Origin: Phycisphaerales bacterium
GTDB lineage: Bacteria > Planctomycetota > Phycisphaerae > Phycisphaerales > UBA1924
DNA length: 44,834 nt
Direction: 5' to 3'
NCBI GenBank assembly: GCA_035628055.1
Contig: DASPKO010000156.1
Span: 1-44,834 of the forward strand
In this document: piece by piece, positions 16,774-24,861 of the stretch
Numbering within the stretch: position 1 is the stretch's first letter
Layout of the letters: each line of letters opens with the position of its first letter
Program-made: the position numbers and the translations under genes
Notes under the pieces: generated by a model
The model's input: only the letters and a program-made list of their open reading frames with translations
The model's database searches: none
What the model was told of the DNA's origin: nothing

Positions 16774-18180
16774 ATGGGATTTCCGAGAGTCTGCGCGCGC
16801 GACCCCGCCGGGGCGCTGGTCCTCAGTGCGCTCCTCGTCGTCCAGGCGCCGGGGTGCGCCAGCACCGACGCCGCCCGCGACCACTCCGAGGCGGCCGCCC
16901 TCGTCGGTGCCCGCGGGGGTGTGCCGGCCCCGGCCTGGGCGACACCGGGAGGGGCGGTCGAGTCGGCGCCGGCGGAGTGGGACGGCGTGAGCGACCTGGG
17001 AGAGGACCAGGCGGTCGCCCTGGCGCTGGCGCACAGCCCGATGATCCGCGCCGAGCTCGAACGGGTCTCGGCGGCCCGGGCCGACCTGGTCCAGGCGGGC
17101 CTGTTGCCGAACCCGATGGTCAACGTCTCGGCCTTGTGGCCGATCGGCGACCCGGACGCGGCGACGGCCTGGAGCGCCAGCGCCATGGAGCAGCTCTCGT
17201 GGCTCTGGCTGCGCGAGCCGCGGACGCGCGCGGCAAGCCACCGCCTGCGGGCCGCGGTGCTGGGCGTGAGCGACACGGCTTTGGGGCTTGTGTTCGAGGT
17301 CCGGGCGACACATGCCGGGGTCGTCTCGGCCCAGCGGGCGGCCACGGCGGCACTGGACGGGGCCCGGTCCGCCTCCGAGCTGGCGCGGCTGGCCCGGGCC
17401 CGGCTCGACGCCGGGGAGAGCACCGAGCCGGAGCTCAATCGGTTCCTGATCGAGGAGGCGGAGGCGCAGGCCCGGCGGGTCCGGCTGGCGGCGGAGTTCG
17501 AGGGCGGGAAGCGCCGGCTGCTCGGGCTGCTGGGCCGGAGCGGCGCGGACGCGGCCTGGGACGCGGTCGGCGGGCCGGCGAGCCGCTGGAGCGACCTGGA
17601 TGGGCTCGCGGAGGAGGAGGTGATCGGGCTGGCGCTGAGGCGGCGCCTCGATGCCGCCGAGGCGCGGGCGCTGGCCCGGGCCTCGGGGTACATGCTCGAC
17701 GAGGCCCGGCTGATGCGCCTGGGCGAGGCGAGCGCCGGGCCGATGTTCGAGCGCACCGAGGATCGCATGGAGATGGCGGGAGTCGGGCTGGCGGTGATGG
17801 TGCCGATCCTCGACACGGGGGCGGCCCGGGTGGCGCGGGGCCGGGCCGACTCGCGGCGGATGGCCCTCGAGGCCAACGAGCTCGCTGAGCGGGCGGTCCG
17901 CGAGGCCCGCGTGGGGTGGCACGAGGCGCGGGCGCGGGCCGAGGCCGCCGAGCGCTACGGGAGCGAGATCGTGCGCCGGCGCGAGCAGAACCTGCGGATC
18001 GCCGAGCAGAGTCTCGAGGCCGGGGAGGCCGACCTGACCGAGGTGCTGATGGCCCGGCTGGCGCTGAGCCAGGCCCGGGTGGAGCTGGCGCAGATGGAGG
18101 CCGAGGCGGCCGAGGCCTTCTTCGGACTCGAGCGCGCGGTGGGCGGGCGCCTGGCGCGGCGGGAGCCGCCCGCGCGCTAG
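16774..18180 (+). CDS. Outer membrane efflux protein, TolC/NodT (OMF) family lipoprotein
   Basis: Signal peptide plus lipobox VVQAPGC. Two OEP-type repeats (ALALAHSPMIRAELERVSAARADLVQAGLLPNP and later coiled segments). Starts 4 nt after the preceding stop. Confidence 0.8.
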   Translation: MGFPRVCARDPAGALVLSALLVVQAPGCASTDAARDHSEAAALVGARGGVPAPAWATPGGAVESAPAEWDGVSDLGEDQAVALALAHSPMIRAELERVSAARADLVQAGLLPNPMVNVSALWPIGDPDAATAWSASAMEQLSWLWLREPRTRAASHRLRAAVLGVSDTALGLVFEVRATHAGVVSAQRAATAALDGARSASELARLARARLDAGESTEPELNRFLIEEAEAQARRVRLAAEFEGGKRRLLGLLGRSGADAAWDAVGGPASRWSDLDGLAEEEVIGLALRRRLDAAEARALARASGYMLDEARLMRLGEASAGPMFERTEDRMEMAGVGLAVMVPILDTGAARVARGRADSRRMALEANELAERAVREARVGWHEARARAEAAERYGSEIVRRREQNLRIAEQSLEAGEADLTEVLMARLALSQARVELAQMEAEAAEAFFGLERAVGGRLARREPPAR

Positions 18181-19775
18181 CGGGCGTCGTCGTGGTCGCC
18201 CGCGGTGCCGGCGGGCGCCGGGTCGGGCTCACGCTCCGCGGGGGTGCGCGGCTGGGCGCGATCGGTGGGACGGAGGAGGTCCACGCGCGTGGGGGTGATA
18301 ATGTTCAGGCGCAGCGACTCGTCGTAGCGCGCCTCTCCCTCGACGCCGACGACGCGACCGATCTTTCCCTCGAGCCCCGGGTCGTCCTGGCCCGGGCTGT
18401 GCCCGCGCGCGGCGACGTAGGCGAGCGTGCGCGGGAAGCCGGCGTCGACCGAGACGATGCGGAACATCTTGGGCAGCCGAGTCCCGTCGTAGACGGTGCT
18501 GGGGAGGAGCGTCCCGACGACCGCGTAGACGCGGTTGACGGCCTCGGCCTGCTCGAGCACGACCTGGCCGCGCCGCTCGAAGCGGCGCCGCGACTCGGCG
18601 GCGCTGCGGAGCGACTCCTGCAGGTCGCTGCGGATGCGCAGGACCTCCAGGCGGGCGCGGAGGAACTCCGCGGTGCGCCGGTCATCCTCGCCCGAGCCGA
18701 GCGCCCCGATGGCTTTCTCGAACTCGGCGATCACGCCCCCGAGCTCGGCCTCGCGGATGGGCTGCGTCCGCACCTGCTCGTAGAGGGAGGCGAGGGCGTC
18801 GATCGAGCCCATGTCCGGCTCGCGCGGGGGCGCGGGCTGGGGGCGAGCCGGAGCGGGAATGCCGACCGGGTCGCCCATCGTCGTGGTGGGCGGAACGGCG
18901 GGATCGATCACCCCGGGCGCGGGCGCGCCGCCCGGAGCGGCGCCCGCCGGACTGCCCCCAGGCGTGCTGGGGAGGTCGATCACGCCCGGCGCCGAAGGGG
19001 GGGGCGGGAGGGGGCGACGGACGGGGCCGGGGAGCTGCTCGGAGTCGGGGTTCGCCGGGGCGGGCGCGCCTCGCGGGGGCGCGGCCACAGAAGGTGCGGG
19101 TGGCACGGGCTCGGCCGGAGCGCCCGGGCGGGGCGCGGGGACTCCGGAGGTGCCGGCGGGAGTGTCGGCGGCGGGTGGACGGCCCTCGGCCCCGGCGGCC
19201 TCGGCGGGCGTGGCGCGCCGCGTGGCCTCGGGCTTCACGTAGCCGCGGGCCTCGGGCGGCGCGGGGACCAGGTAGCCGTACACCTTGCCATCGGCGGTCT
19301 TGAGCGTCTGGAGGACCTGGAACCTGGTTCCCGCGGGGACGGGCGTCTCGAGGAGCGTCCACCAGTTGGCGCGCTCCCCGCCCGAGGCGTTAGCCGCCAT
19401 GAGCTGCGAGGGCGCGGCGAGCGTGAGTGAGGACCCGTCGGGCTCGGGCCGGGCCTCCTCGGCCTTGACGAACGCGGGCACGCCGGCGGGATAGTGGACC
19501 CGGAGCCAGTCGCCCACCTGGGCGTCGACCTTGAGCAGGTCGCCCGACTTGAGCGAGCGCACGGGGTAGTACGGCAGCCCGGCCCCCGCCTTCAGCGGCA
19601 GGTTGTCGGCCGTGACCACGACCCAGTACGGCTCGACCTTCTGGGCCGGCTGGGCGAGGGCCGGCTCGGCGAGCATCACCAGCACGCCGGCGCCGGCCAG
19701 TCCCTGGGCGAGGCCGGCACAGGCGAAGGCGGTGGCGGCGAGGGCGTGTCCGGGACGGCGCGCGCTGTGAGTCAT
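18177..19775 (-). CDS. Secreted protein with bacterial SH3-like domains and a long Pro-rich linker
   Basis: ATG 19775, signal peptide ending in ALAQ. YWVVVTADNLPLKAGAGLPYYPVRSLKSGDLLKVDAQVGDWLRVHYP resembles SH3_3-type domains. A Pro/Ala-rich linker of about 150 aa is followed by a helical and beta-rich C-terminal half. Confidence 0.6.
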   Translation of the reverse strand: MTHSARRPGHALAATAFACAGLAQGLAGAGVLVMLAEPALAQPAQKVEPYWVVVTADNLPLKAGAGLPYYPVRSLKSGDLLKVDAQVGDWLRVHYPAGVPAFVKAEEARPEPDGSSLTLAAPSQLMAANASGGERANWWTLLETPVPAGTRFQVLQTLKTADGKVYGYLVPAPPEARGYVKPEATRRATPAEAAGAEGRPPAADTPAGTSGVPAPRPGAPAEPVPPAPSVAAPPRGAPAPANPDSEQLPGPVRRPLPPPPSAPGVIDLPSTPGGSPAGAAPGGAPAPGVIDPAVPPTTTMGDPVGIPAPARPQPAPPREPDMGSIDALASLYEQVRTQPIREAELGGVIAEFEKAIGALGSGEDDRRTAEFLRARLEVLRIRSDLQESLRSAAESRRRFERRGQVVLEQAEAVNRVYAVVGTLLPSTVYDGTRLPKMFRIVSVDAGFPRTLAYVAARGHSPGQDDPGLEGKIGRVVGVEGEARYDESLRLNIITPTRVDLLRPTDRAQPRTPAEREPDPAPAGTAGDHDDAR

Positions 19776-19994
19776 ACCTATCTCTCCATCGGGCCCATGG
19801 ACGGGGCGGCCCACGTCATGCTACCGGGGCGGGCGGCGGCGCGACGCGACGTCCGGCCGCACGGGGATGGCGGGAGCGCCCCGGGCTCGGGCCCGGGGGA
19901 ACATCGGCTCGGGCGGGGCGCCGGTCTGTATGCTTTGTGCCCGGCGCCGACCGGGTGACCGGATCGGACCGGCCCACACATACCCTGGCGACGC

Positions 19995-22022
19995 ATGATC
20001 AACCCCCGACCCCGTGCGTCCCGCCGTGCCGGCGGGATCCTGACCCTGACGCTGCCCCCCGCGGCGGTGGCCCTGCTCGTGGCCGGCTGCGGTCGCCCCC
20101 TGTTCTCCGGCGACGACGACACCCTCCGCCGGTCGATCGCCGAGAGCGCGGGCCGGGAACTGGCCGACGCCCGCCGGACCGACGAGCAGACGCAGCTCAC
20201 CCGGCCCGACCGCGTGGAGGCCCTGGGGATCAAGCCGTCGATCCGGGAGCAACTGGAAGGGATGGCGGGGCCGGGCTCGTACGGCTCGATGCAGCCGCGG
20301 CTGGGAGATCCCCTGGTGCCGGGCGACCAGAAGATCGTGGCGGTGAGCCTGGAGCGGGCGATCGCGGCGACGGTGCGGAACAACCTGGACGTGGAGTTTG
20401 CGCGGATCGACCCGGCGATCGCCTCGGCCCGCGTGGTGCAGGCCCAGGCCGCCTTCGACTGGGTGCTCTTCTCGAACTCCCAGTGGACCTCGATCGACTC
20501 GCCGCGCACGAGCTCCAACGCCTTCTCGCAGGCGGTGCGCAACGACGAGCAGCAGCAGGTGGACGTGGGCGTGGGGCTGCGGCGGCGCCTGACCACGGGC
20601 GGCCAGCTCTCGATCGCGCACAACTTCCGGTACACCGACGTCGAGACGAGCGGGCTGACGACGTTCCCCGACCCGGCCTACGAGCCCTCGGTCACCCTGC
20701 AGCTCGACCAGCCGCTGCTGCGCAACAGCGGCTCGGACGTGGCCCTCTCGCAGGTCCGGCTCAACCGCAACGCGGAGCTCGAGGAGATCCAGGCGCTCAA
20801 GCAGCAACTGCTGCTGAGCGTGACGCAGACCGAGGAGGCGTACTGGACGCTGGTGCGGGCCTACAACGACCTGCTCATCCTGCAGCGGCTCCTGGAGCGC
20901 GGGACCGCGACCTCGGACTTCCTGCAGCGCCGGCGGGCGCTGGCCCGCCCGGCGCACGTCTCGGACGCCGCGGCGAACGTGCAGACCCGCCAGGCCAACG
21001 TGATCCGCGCCCAGCGCACGCTGCGGCAGGCCTCCAACCGCCTCAAGCAGCTCATGAACGACCCGCAGCTCACCGTCGGGTCGGAGGTGCTGGTCCTTCC
21101 CGCCGACGTGGCGATCGACGCGCCCATCCGCTTCAACCTCGCCGACGCGGTGCTGACGGCCCTGCGGAACCGACCCGAGATCCAGCGGGCCCTGCTCTCG
21201 ATCGACAACACGTCCATCCGCCAGGAGCTGGCCGAGAACGCACTCCTGCCCCTGCTGGACCTGCGCGTGCAGACGCGGGTCGGCGCCCTGGGCGAGGACA
21301 CGGGGGACGCGTACAACGAGCTGGACGCGGACTTCGTGGACTACCTCGTTAGCCTCAACTTCGAGCTGCCGGTCGGGAACCGCGCGGCGCAGGCGACGGA
21401 GCGCGAGCGGCACCTGCAGCGGGTGCAGTCGGTGATCGCCTACCGGAATACCTTGCAGGGCGTGGTCGCGGAGGTCCGCAACGCCCTGATCGAGATCACC
21501 ACGAACTACCAGCTCATCGAGCAGACGCGCGCGGCCCGCGTGGCCGCCGCCGAGAACCTCCGCACGATCGAGCTCGAGCAGGAGCTGCTCGAGGAGATCA
21601 CCACGGACTTCCTGGACCTGCGGCTGCGGCGCCAGCAACTGCTGGCCCTGGCCGAGCAGGAGGAGGTCCAGTCGCTCATCGACTACAACACGTCGCTGGC
21701 GCGGCTGTACGCCGCGATGGGCACGGCGTTGGCGCGCAACCGCATTCTCCTCGAGGTTCCCGACGCCCCCCAGCTCGCGCCCACCAGCCCGCTCTTCCCG
21801 CTCTACCCGCTCGCCCCCGAGTGGCAGCGCCCGCGGGACTACGACCGGGAGGTGGGCGGGGCCGCCGGCGAGGCCGAGGCCGCGCCGGCTGACCAGACCG
21901 CGGGCGCGCCGGGCGACGCCGGGGCACCGGCCGAGCCCGACCCACAACCGGAGCCGCCGGCGGCGCGGGAGCCCGACGAGGCGAGCGAGCCACCCCTGCC
22001 CGGCGAGCCCGTGCGCCCGTAG
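19995..22022 (+). CDS. TolC-like outer membrane efflux protein (long form, lipoprotein signal, Pro/Glu-rich tail)
   Basis: ATG 19995, lipobox LLVAGCG. OEP-type repeat starts SLERAIAATVRNNLDVEFARIDPAIASARV and NLADAVLTALRNRPEIQRALLSID. The C-terminal 100 aa or so are low-complexity and Pro/Ala/Glu-rich. Confidence 0.75.
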   Translation: MINPRPRASRRAGGILTLTLPPAAVALLVAGCGRPLFSGDDDTLRRSIAESAGRELADARRTDEQTQLTRPDRVEALGIKPSIREQLEGMAGPGSYGSMQPRLGDPLVPGDQKIVAVSLERAIAATVRNNLDVEFARIDPAIASARVVQAQAAFDWVLFSNSQWTSIDSPRTSSNAFSQAVRNDEQQQVDVGVGLRRRLTTGGQLSIAHNFRYTDVETSGLTTFPDPAYEPSVTLQLDQPLLRNSGSDVALSQVRLNRNAELEEIQALKQQLLLSVTQTEEAYWTLVRAYNDLLILQRLLERGTATSDFLQRRRALARPAHVSDAAANVQTRQANVIRAQRTLRQASNRLKQLMNDPQLTVGSEVLVLPADVAIDAPIRFNLADAVLTALRNRPEIQRALLSIDNTSIRQELAENALLPLLDLRVQTRVGALGEDTGDAYNELDADFVDYLVSLNFELPVGNRAAQATERERHLQRVQSVIAYRNTLQGVVAEVRNALIEITTNYQLIEQTRAARVAAAENLRTIELEQELLEEITTDFLDLRLRRQQLLALAEQEEVQSLIDYNTSLARLYAAMGTALARNRILLEVPDAPQLAPTSPLFPLYPLAPEWQRPRDYDREVGGAAGEAEAAPADQTAGAPGDAGAPAEPDPQPEPPAAREPDEASEPPLPGEPVRP

Positions 22023-22057
22023 CCGGAGGTGCGCCGCGCGGCCAGGGGGGCGCCCGG

Positions 22058-22891
22058 CTACCGCGCCCCGGCGCCCGGGCGCGGCTTGACCATCCGGCGC
22101 AGGATCGGCGTCTCGATGCCCGGGCAGGCCACGGCGGCGGCCATGGCGACCCGGATCAGCCGGCCGCGGAAACCGGTCCAGACTTCCGGGCGCGGGCGGC
22201 GCAGGCAGGCGACGGTCTCCCGGGCCACCAGGGCGGGGTCCTGCATGAGGCCGTCGGGGGTGTGGGCGGCCCCGATGTTGCCGGTGCCGCGGAGCGTGGC
22301 CCGGAACTCCGTGCGCGTGCCGATCGGGTGCACGGTGCTCGCGCGAATCCCCTCACCGCGCAGCTCCAGGTCCATGGCGCGGCCGAGGTGGCTCTGCGCG
22401 GCCTTGCTGGCCCCGTAGGCCGAGTAGTACGGGATCGGGAGCTTGGCCAGGCACGATGAGCAGATGAGCACGTGTCCGCGGTGCGGCCCGGGGTTGGCGC
22501 GCAGGACCGGGAGGGCCGGACGGATGGTGTTGAGGGTCCCGTAGAAGTTGGTCTCGAGGATGGCGCGGAAGTCGGCGTCGCTGGTGAGCTCGACAGGCCC
22601 CTCGACGCCGTACCCCGCGTTGGCATAGACGGCATAGAGCGACCCGAACGTCTCGCGCGCGCGGGCCACCAGGCGGGCGCCGTCGTTAGGATTCGTCACG
22701 TCGCAGGCGACGGCAAGGGCCACGCCGCCGCGGGCGCGGATCTGTTCGGCAAGGCTCTCCAGACGGTCGAGGCGCCGCGCCCCCAGGGCGACGGGCATGC
22801 CCGCCGCGGCGCAGGCGAGGGCGGTCGCAGCGCCGATGCCGGAGGAAGCGCCCGTGATGGCGATGGGCCGGCCCCGGAGGTCGATGGGCAT
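22058..22891 (-). CDS. Short-chain dehydrogenase/reductase (SDR) family oxidoreductase
   Basis: TGASSGIG cofactor motif, NAG, catalytic S...YSAYGASKAA (YxxxK). 277 aa. Confidence 0.9.
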   Translation of the reverse strand: MPIDLRGRPIAITGASSGIGAATALACAAAGMPVALGARRLDRLESLAEQIRARGGVALAVACDVTNPNDGARLVARARETFGSLYAVYANAGYGVEGPVELTSDADFRAILETNFYGTLNTIRPALPVLRANPGPHRGHVLICSSCLAKLPIPYYSAYGASKAAQSHLGRAMDLELRGEGIRASTVHPIGTRTEFRATLRGTGNIGAAHTPDGLMQDPALVARETVACLRRPRPEVWTGFRGRLIRVAMAAAVACPGIETPILRRMVKPRPGAGAR

Positions 22892-22957
22892 GCGCGATCA
22901 GCATAGAGCCGGGCGGCCCGCCGCCCTGGTGCGGGCACCGTCTAGAGAAGACCGGCA

Positions 22958-22996
22958 AGCAAAGAGAGCCGGGGCGGGACGGGCCCGCACCGGCTC
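22958..22996 (-). terminator. Putative intrinsic terminator downstream of the entericidin-like gene
   Basis: On the minus strand: GAGCCGG-t-GCGGG [CCCGT] CCCGC-c-CCGGCTC (12 bp with one mismatch), followed by TCTTTGCTT. Confidence 0.5.
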
Positions 22997-23069
22997 GGAG
23001 ACGTTGGCTGGGATCGAGCGTTGGCCACCGAGGACCGGCGGCGGCCGCGGCCCGAGTGGCTCGGGTGGC

Positions 23070-23234
23070 TCAGTCGCGGACGTCTCGCGAGGTGTCGCTG
23101 ATGCCCTCGCCGGCGCTCTCGATGTCCTCGCCCGCACCCTCGACGGTGTTGCAGGCCGGCACCGCCAGAATCGCGGCGGCGATGAGGGGCAGGGCGAGCA
23201 GGGTCAGGAGCAGACGGAGCGAGCGGGTCTTCAT
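23070..23234 (-). CDS. Entericidin A/B-like small lipoprotein (54 aa; absent from the ORF track)
   Basis: AAAAGGAGAAACCC precedes ATG 23234. Translation MKTRSLRLLLTLLALPLIAAAILAVPACNTVEGAGEDIESAGEGISDTSRDVRD. A signal peptide is followed by Cys-Asn-Thr and a Gly/Glu-rich amphipathic tail, as in EcnA/EcnB. Confidence 0.7.
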   Translation of the reverse strand: MKTRSLRLLLTLLALPLIAAAILAVPACNTVEGAGEDIESAGEGISDTSRDVRD

Positions 23235-23514
23235 GGGTTTCTCCTTTTCGGGACGCGGCGGACGGTGCCGGTCCCCTCACCGATCAGGACTCAACGATGC
23301 CTCGACCGTACCCCTCCGGTGGATTGTCCCCACTAGGAACAAGGCCCGAATGTGGGGGGCGTTCGGGGGGAGCTCGCCGGCGCGGTGGGCGCCGTCCTTC
23401 CGGGCCGGTCGGCATCGCGTGGCGTGATCGATTGGGTGCTCTCTCACCCCGTTCGTGCGGCCTTGGGGCCGCCCGTGCCGGTAACCGGCGCGGAGGAACC
23501 TAGACTCCGGATGG

Positions 23515-24819
23515 ATGCCGCGCGTCAGCTACGAATCCAACCCGAAGATCGCGGTCGTGCTGGACATGCTGGCGGAAATGAGCCGCGCCGAAACATCGGT
23601 GGACTCGTTTCTCGCCTTCATGACCCGGTTCTGGCAGGTGCGCTCGATCGACCTGTTCGTGGGCGTGACCGTCCAGGACCTCCCCCCGGGGGACTACCGC
23701 GTCGTGTACCAGATCAAGTCGGCGGAGCTGGCGGCCGGCGACCGGCGGAGGCTCGATGAGGCGGCCATGGCGCCCAGCGCCGAGCTCCCGATCCGCCGGG
23801 GCGGGCTGATCGGGGAGATCGTGACCGAGCAGCGGCCGCTGCTGCTGCATCACCTGGCGCTGGAGCACGACCCGGCCCTGGGCAGCGACGCGGCGGAGGT
23901 GCGCGCCTGCATGGCGCTCCCCATCTATGAGCAGGGGCGGATCGTCGAGTGGGCCCTGGGCTTCAGCGTGGACCCGGAGGGCTTCACCCCCGAGGTGCTC
24001 GAGGAGGCCCTGCTGACGGCGAACCTGCTCGGGCTGGTGCAGCGGCATCTGTGGTCGCTGGGGCAGATCCGCCAGCTCAACCAGCGGCTCACCTCGCAGT
24101 TCGAAGAGGTGGCCCGGGTGCAGCAGCAGCTCCTGCCCGTGCGCCACCCGCCCATCCCCGGGGTCGTCCTGTCGACGAGCTATCTCCCCAGCGACGTCGC
24201 CGGGGGCGACTATTACGACTTCTTCGAGCTGGCCGACGGGCGCTGGGGCTTGCTGGTCGCCGACGCCTCCGGGCACGGCGTGGGGGCCGCGACCGTGATG
24301 GCGATGCTGCACGCCTTCCTGCACTCGTACCCGGCGCTGGAGCGCGGGCCGGCCTCGGTGCTGGGCTGGGTGAACCGGCGCCTGGCCGCGGCGCGGATGG
24401 ACGGGAGCTTCGTCACGGCGCTCTTCGCGATCTACGACCCGCGCACGCGCGAGCTGGTGTACGCGCGGGCGGGGCACCCGCTCCCGCGGCTCAAGCCCGC
24501 GGGGCGCGGGTCGGCGGTGATCGAGCTCAACGGGTCGGCGGGGCTCCCGCTGGGCATCGCCCCCGAGTATCACGTGGAGGAGTCGCGCGTGGTGCTCGAG
24601 CCCGGGCACACCCTGGTGCTGTTCACGGACGGGATCACCGAGGCCTTCTCGCCGCGCCGCGAGATGTTCGGCACGGGCGGGCTCGACGAGGCCCTCGAGG
24701 CCTGCACGGGCGAGCCGGACTGCGTGGTGGACACGGTGCACAACGCCCTCTACCAGCACACCGGGCGGCGCACGCGCGATGACGACCAGACCCTGGTGGC
24801 GCTGAAGGTGGTTCACTAG
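23515..24819 (+). CDS. GAF-like sensor fused to a PPM/SpoIIE-type serine phosphatase (RsbU-like)
   Basis: The N-terminal 190 aa or so are GAF-like. A coiled linker QLNQRLTSQFEEVARVQQQLLP follows. Phosphatase blocks are GGDYYDF, LLVADASGHGVGAA, SFVTALFAIYD, LVLFTDGITEA and RDDDQTLVALKV. Confidence 0.85.
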   Translation: MPRVSYESNPKIAVVLDMLAEMSRAETSVDSFLAFMTRFWQVRSIDLFVGVTVQDLPPGDYRVVYQIKSAELAAGDRRRLDEAAMAPSAELPIRRGGLIGEIVTEQRPLLLHHLALEHDPALGSDAAEVRACMALPIYEQGRIVEWALGFSVDPEGFTPEVLEEALLTANLLGLVQRHLWSLGQIRQLNQRLTSQFEEVARVQQQLLPVRHPPIPGVVLSTSYLPSDVAGGDYYDFFELADGRWGLLVADASGHGVGAATVMAMLHAFLHSYPALERGPASVLGWVNRRLAAARMDGSFVTALFAIYDPRTRELVYARAGHPLPRLKPAGRGSAVIELNGSAGLPLGIAPEYHVEESRVVLEPGHTLVLFTDGITEAFSPRREMFGTGGLDEALEACTGEPDCVVDTVHNALYQHTGRRTRDDDQTLVALKVVH

Positions 24820-24861
24820 GCTCCGGCGCCACGCCGGCGCGGGCGGGGAGATCCCTTCGAC

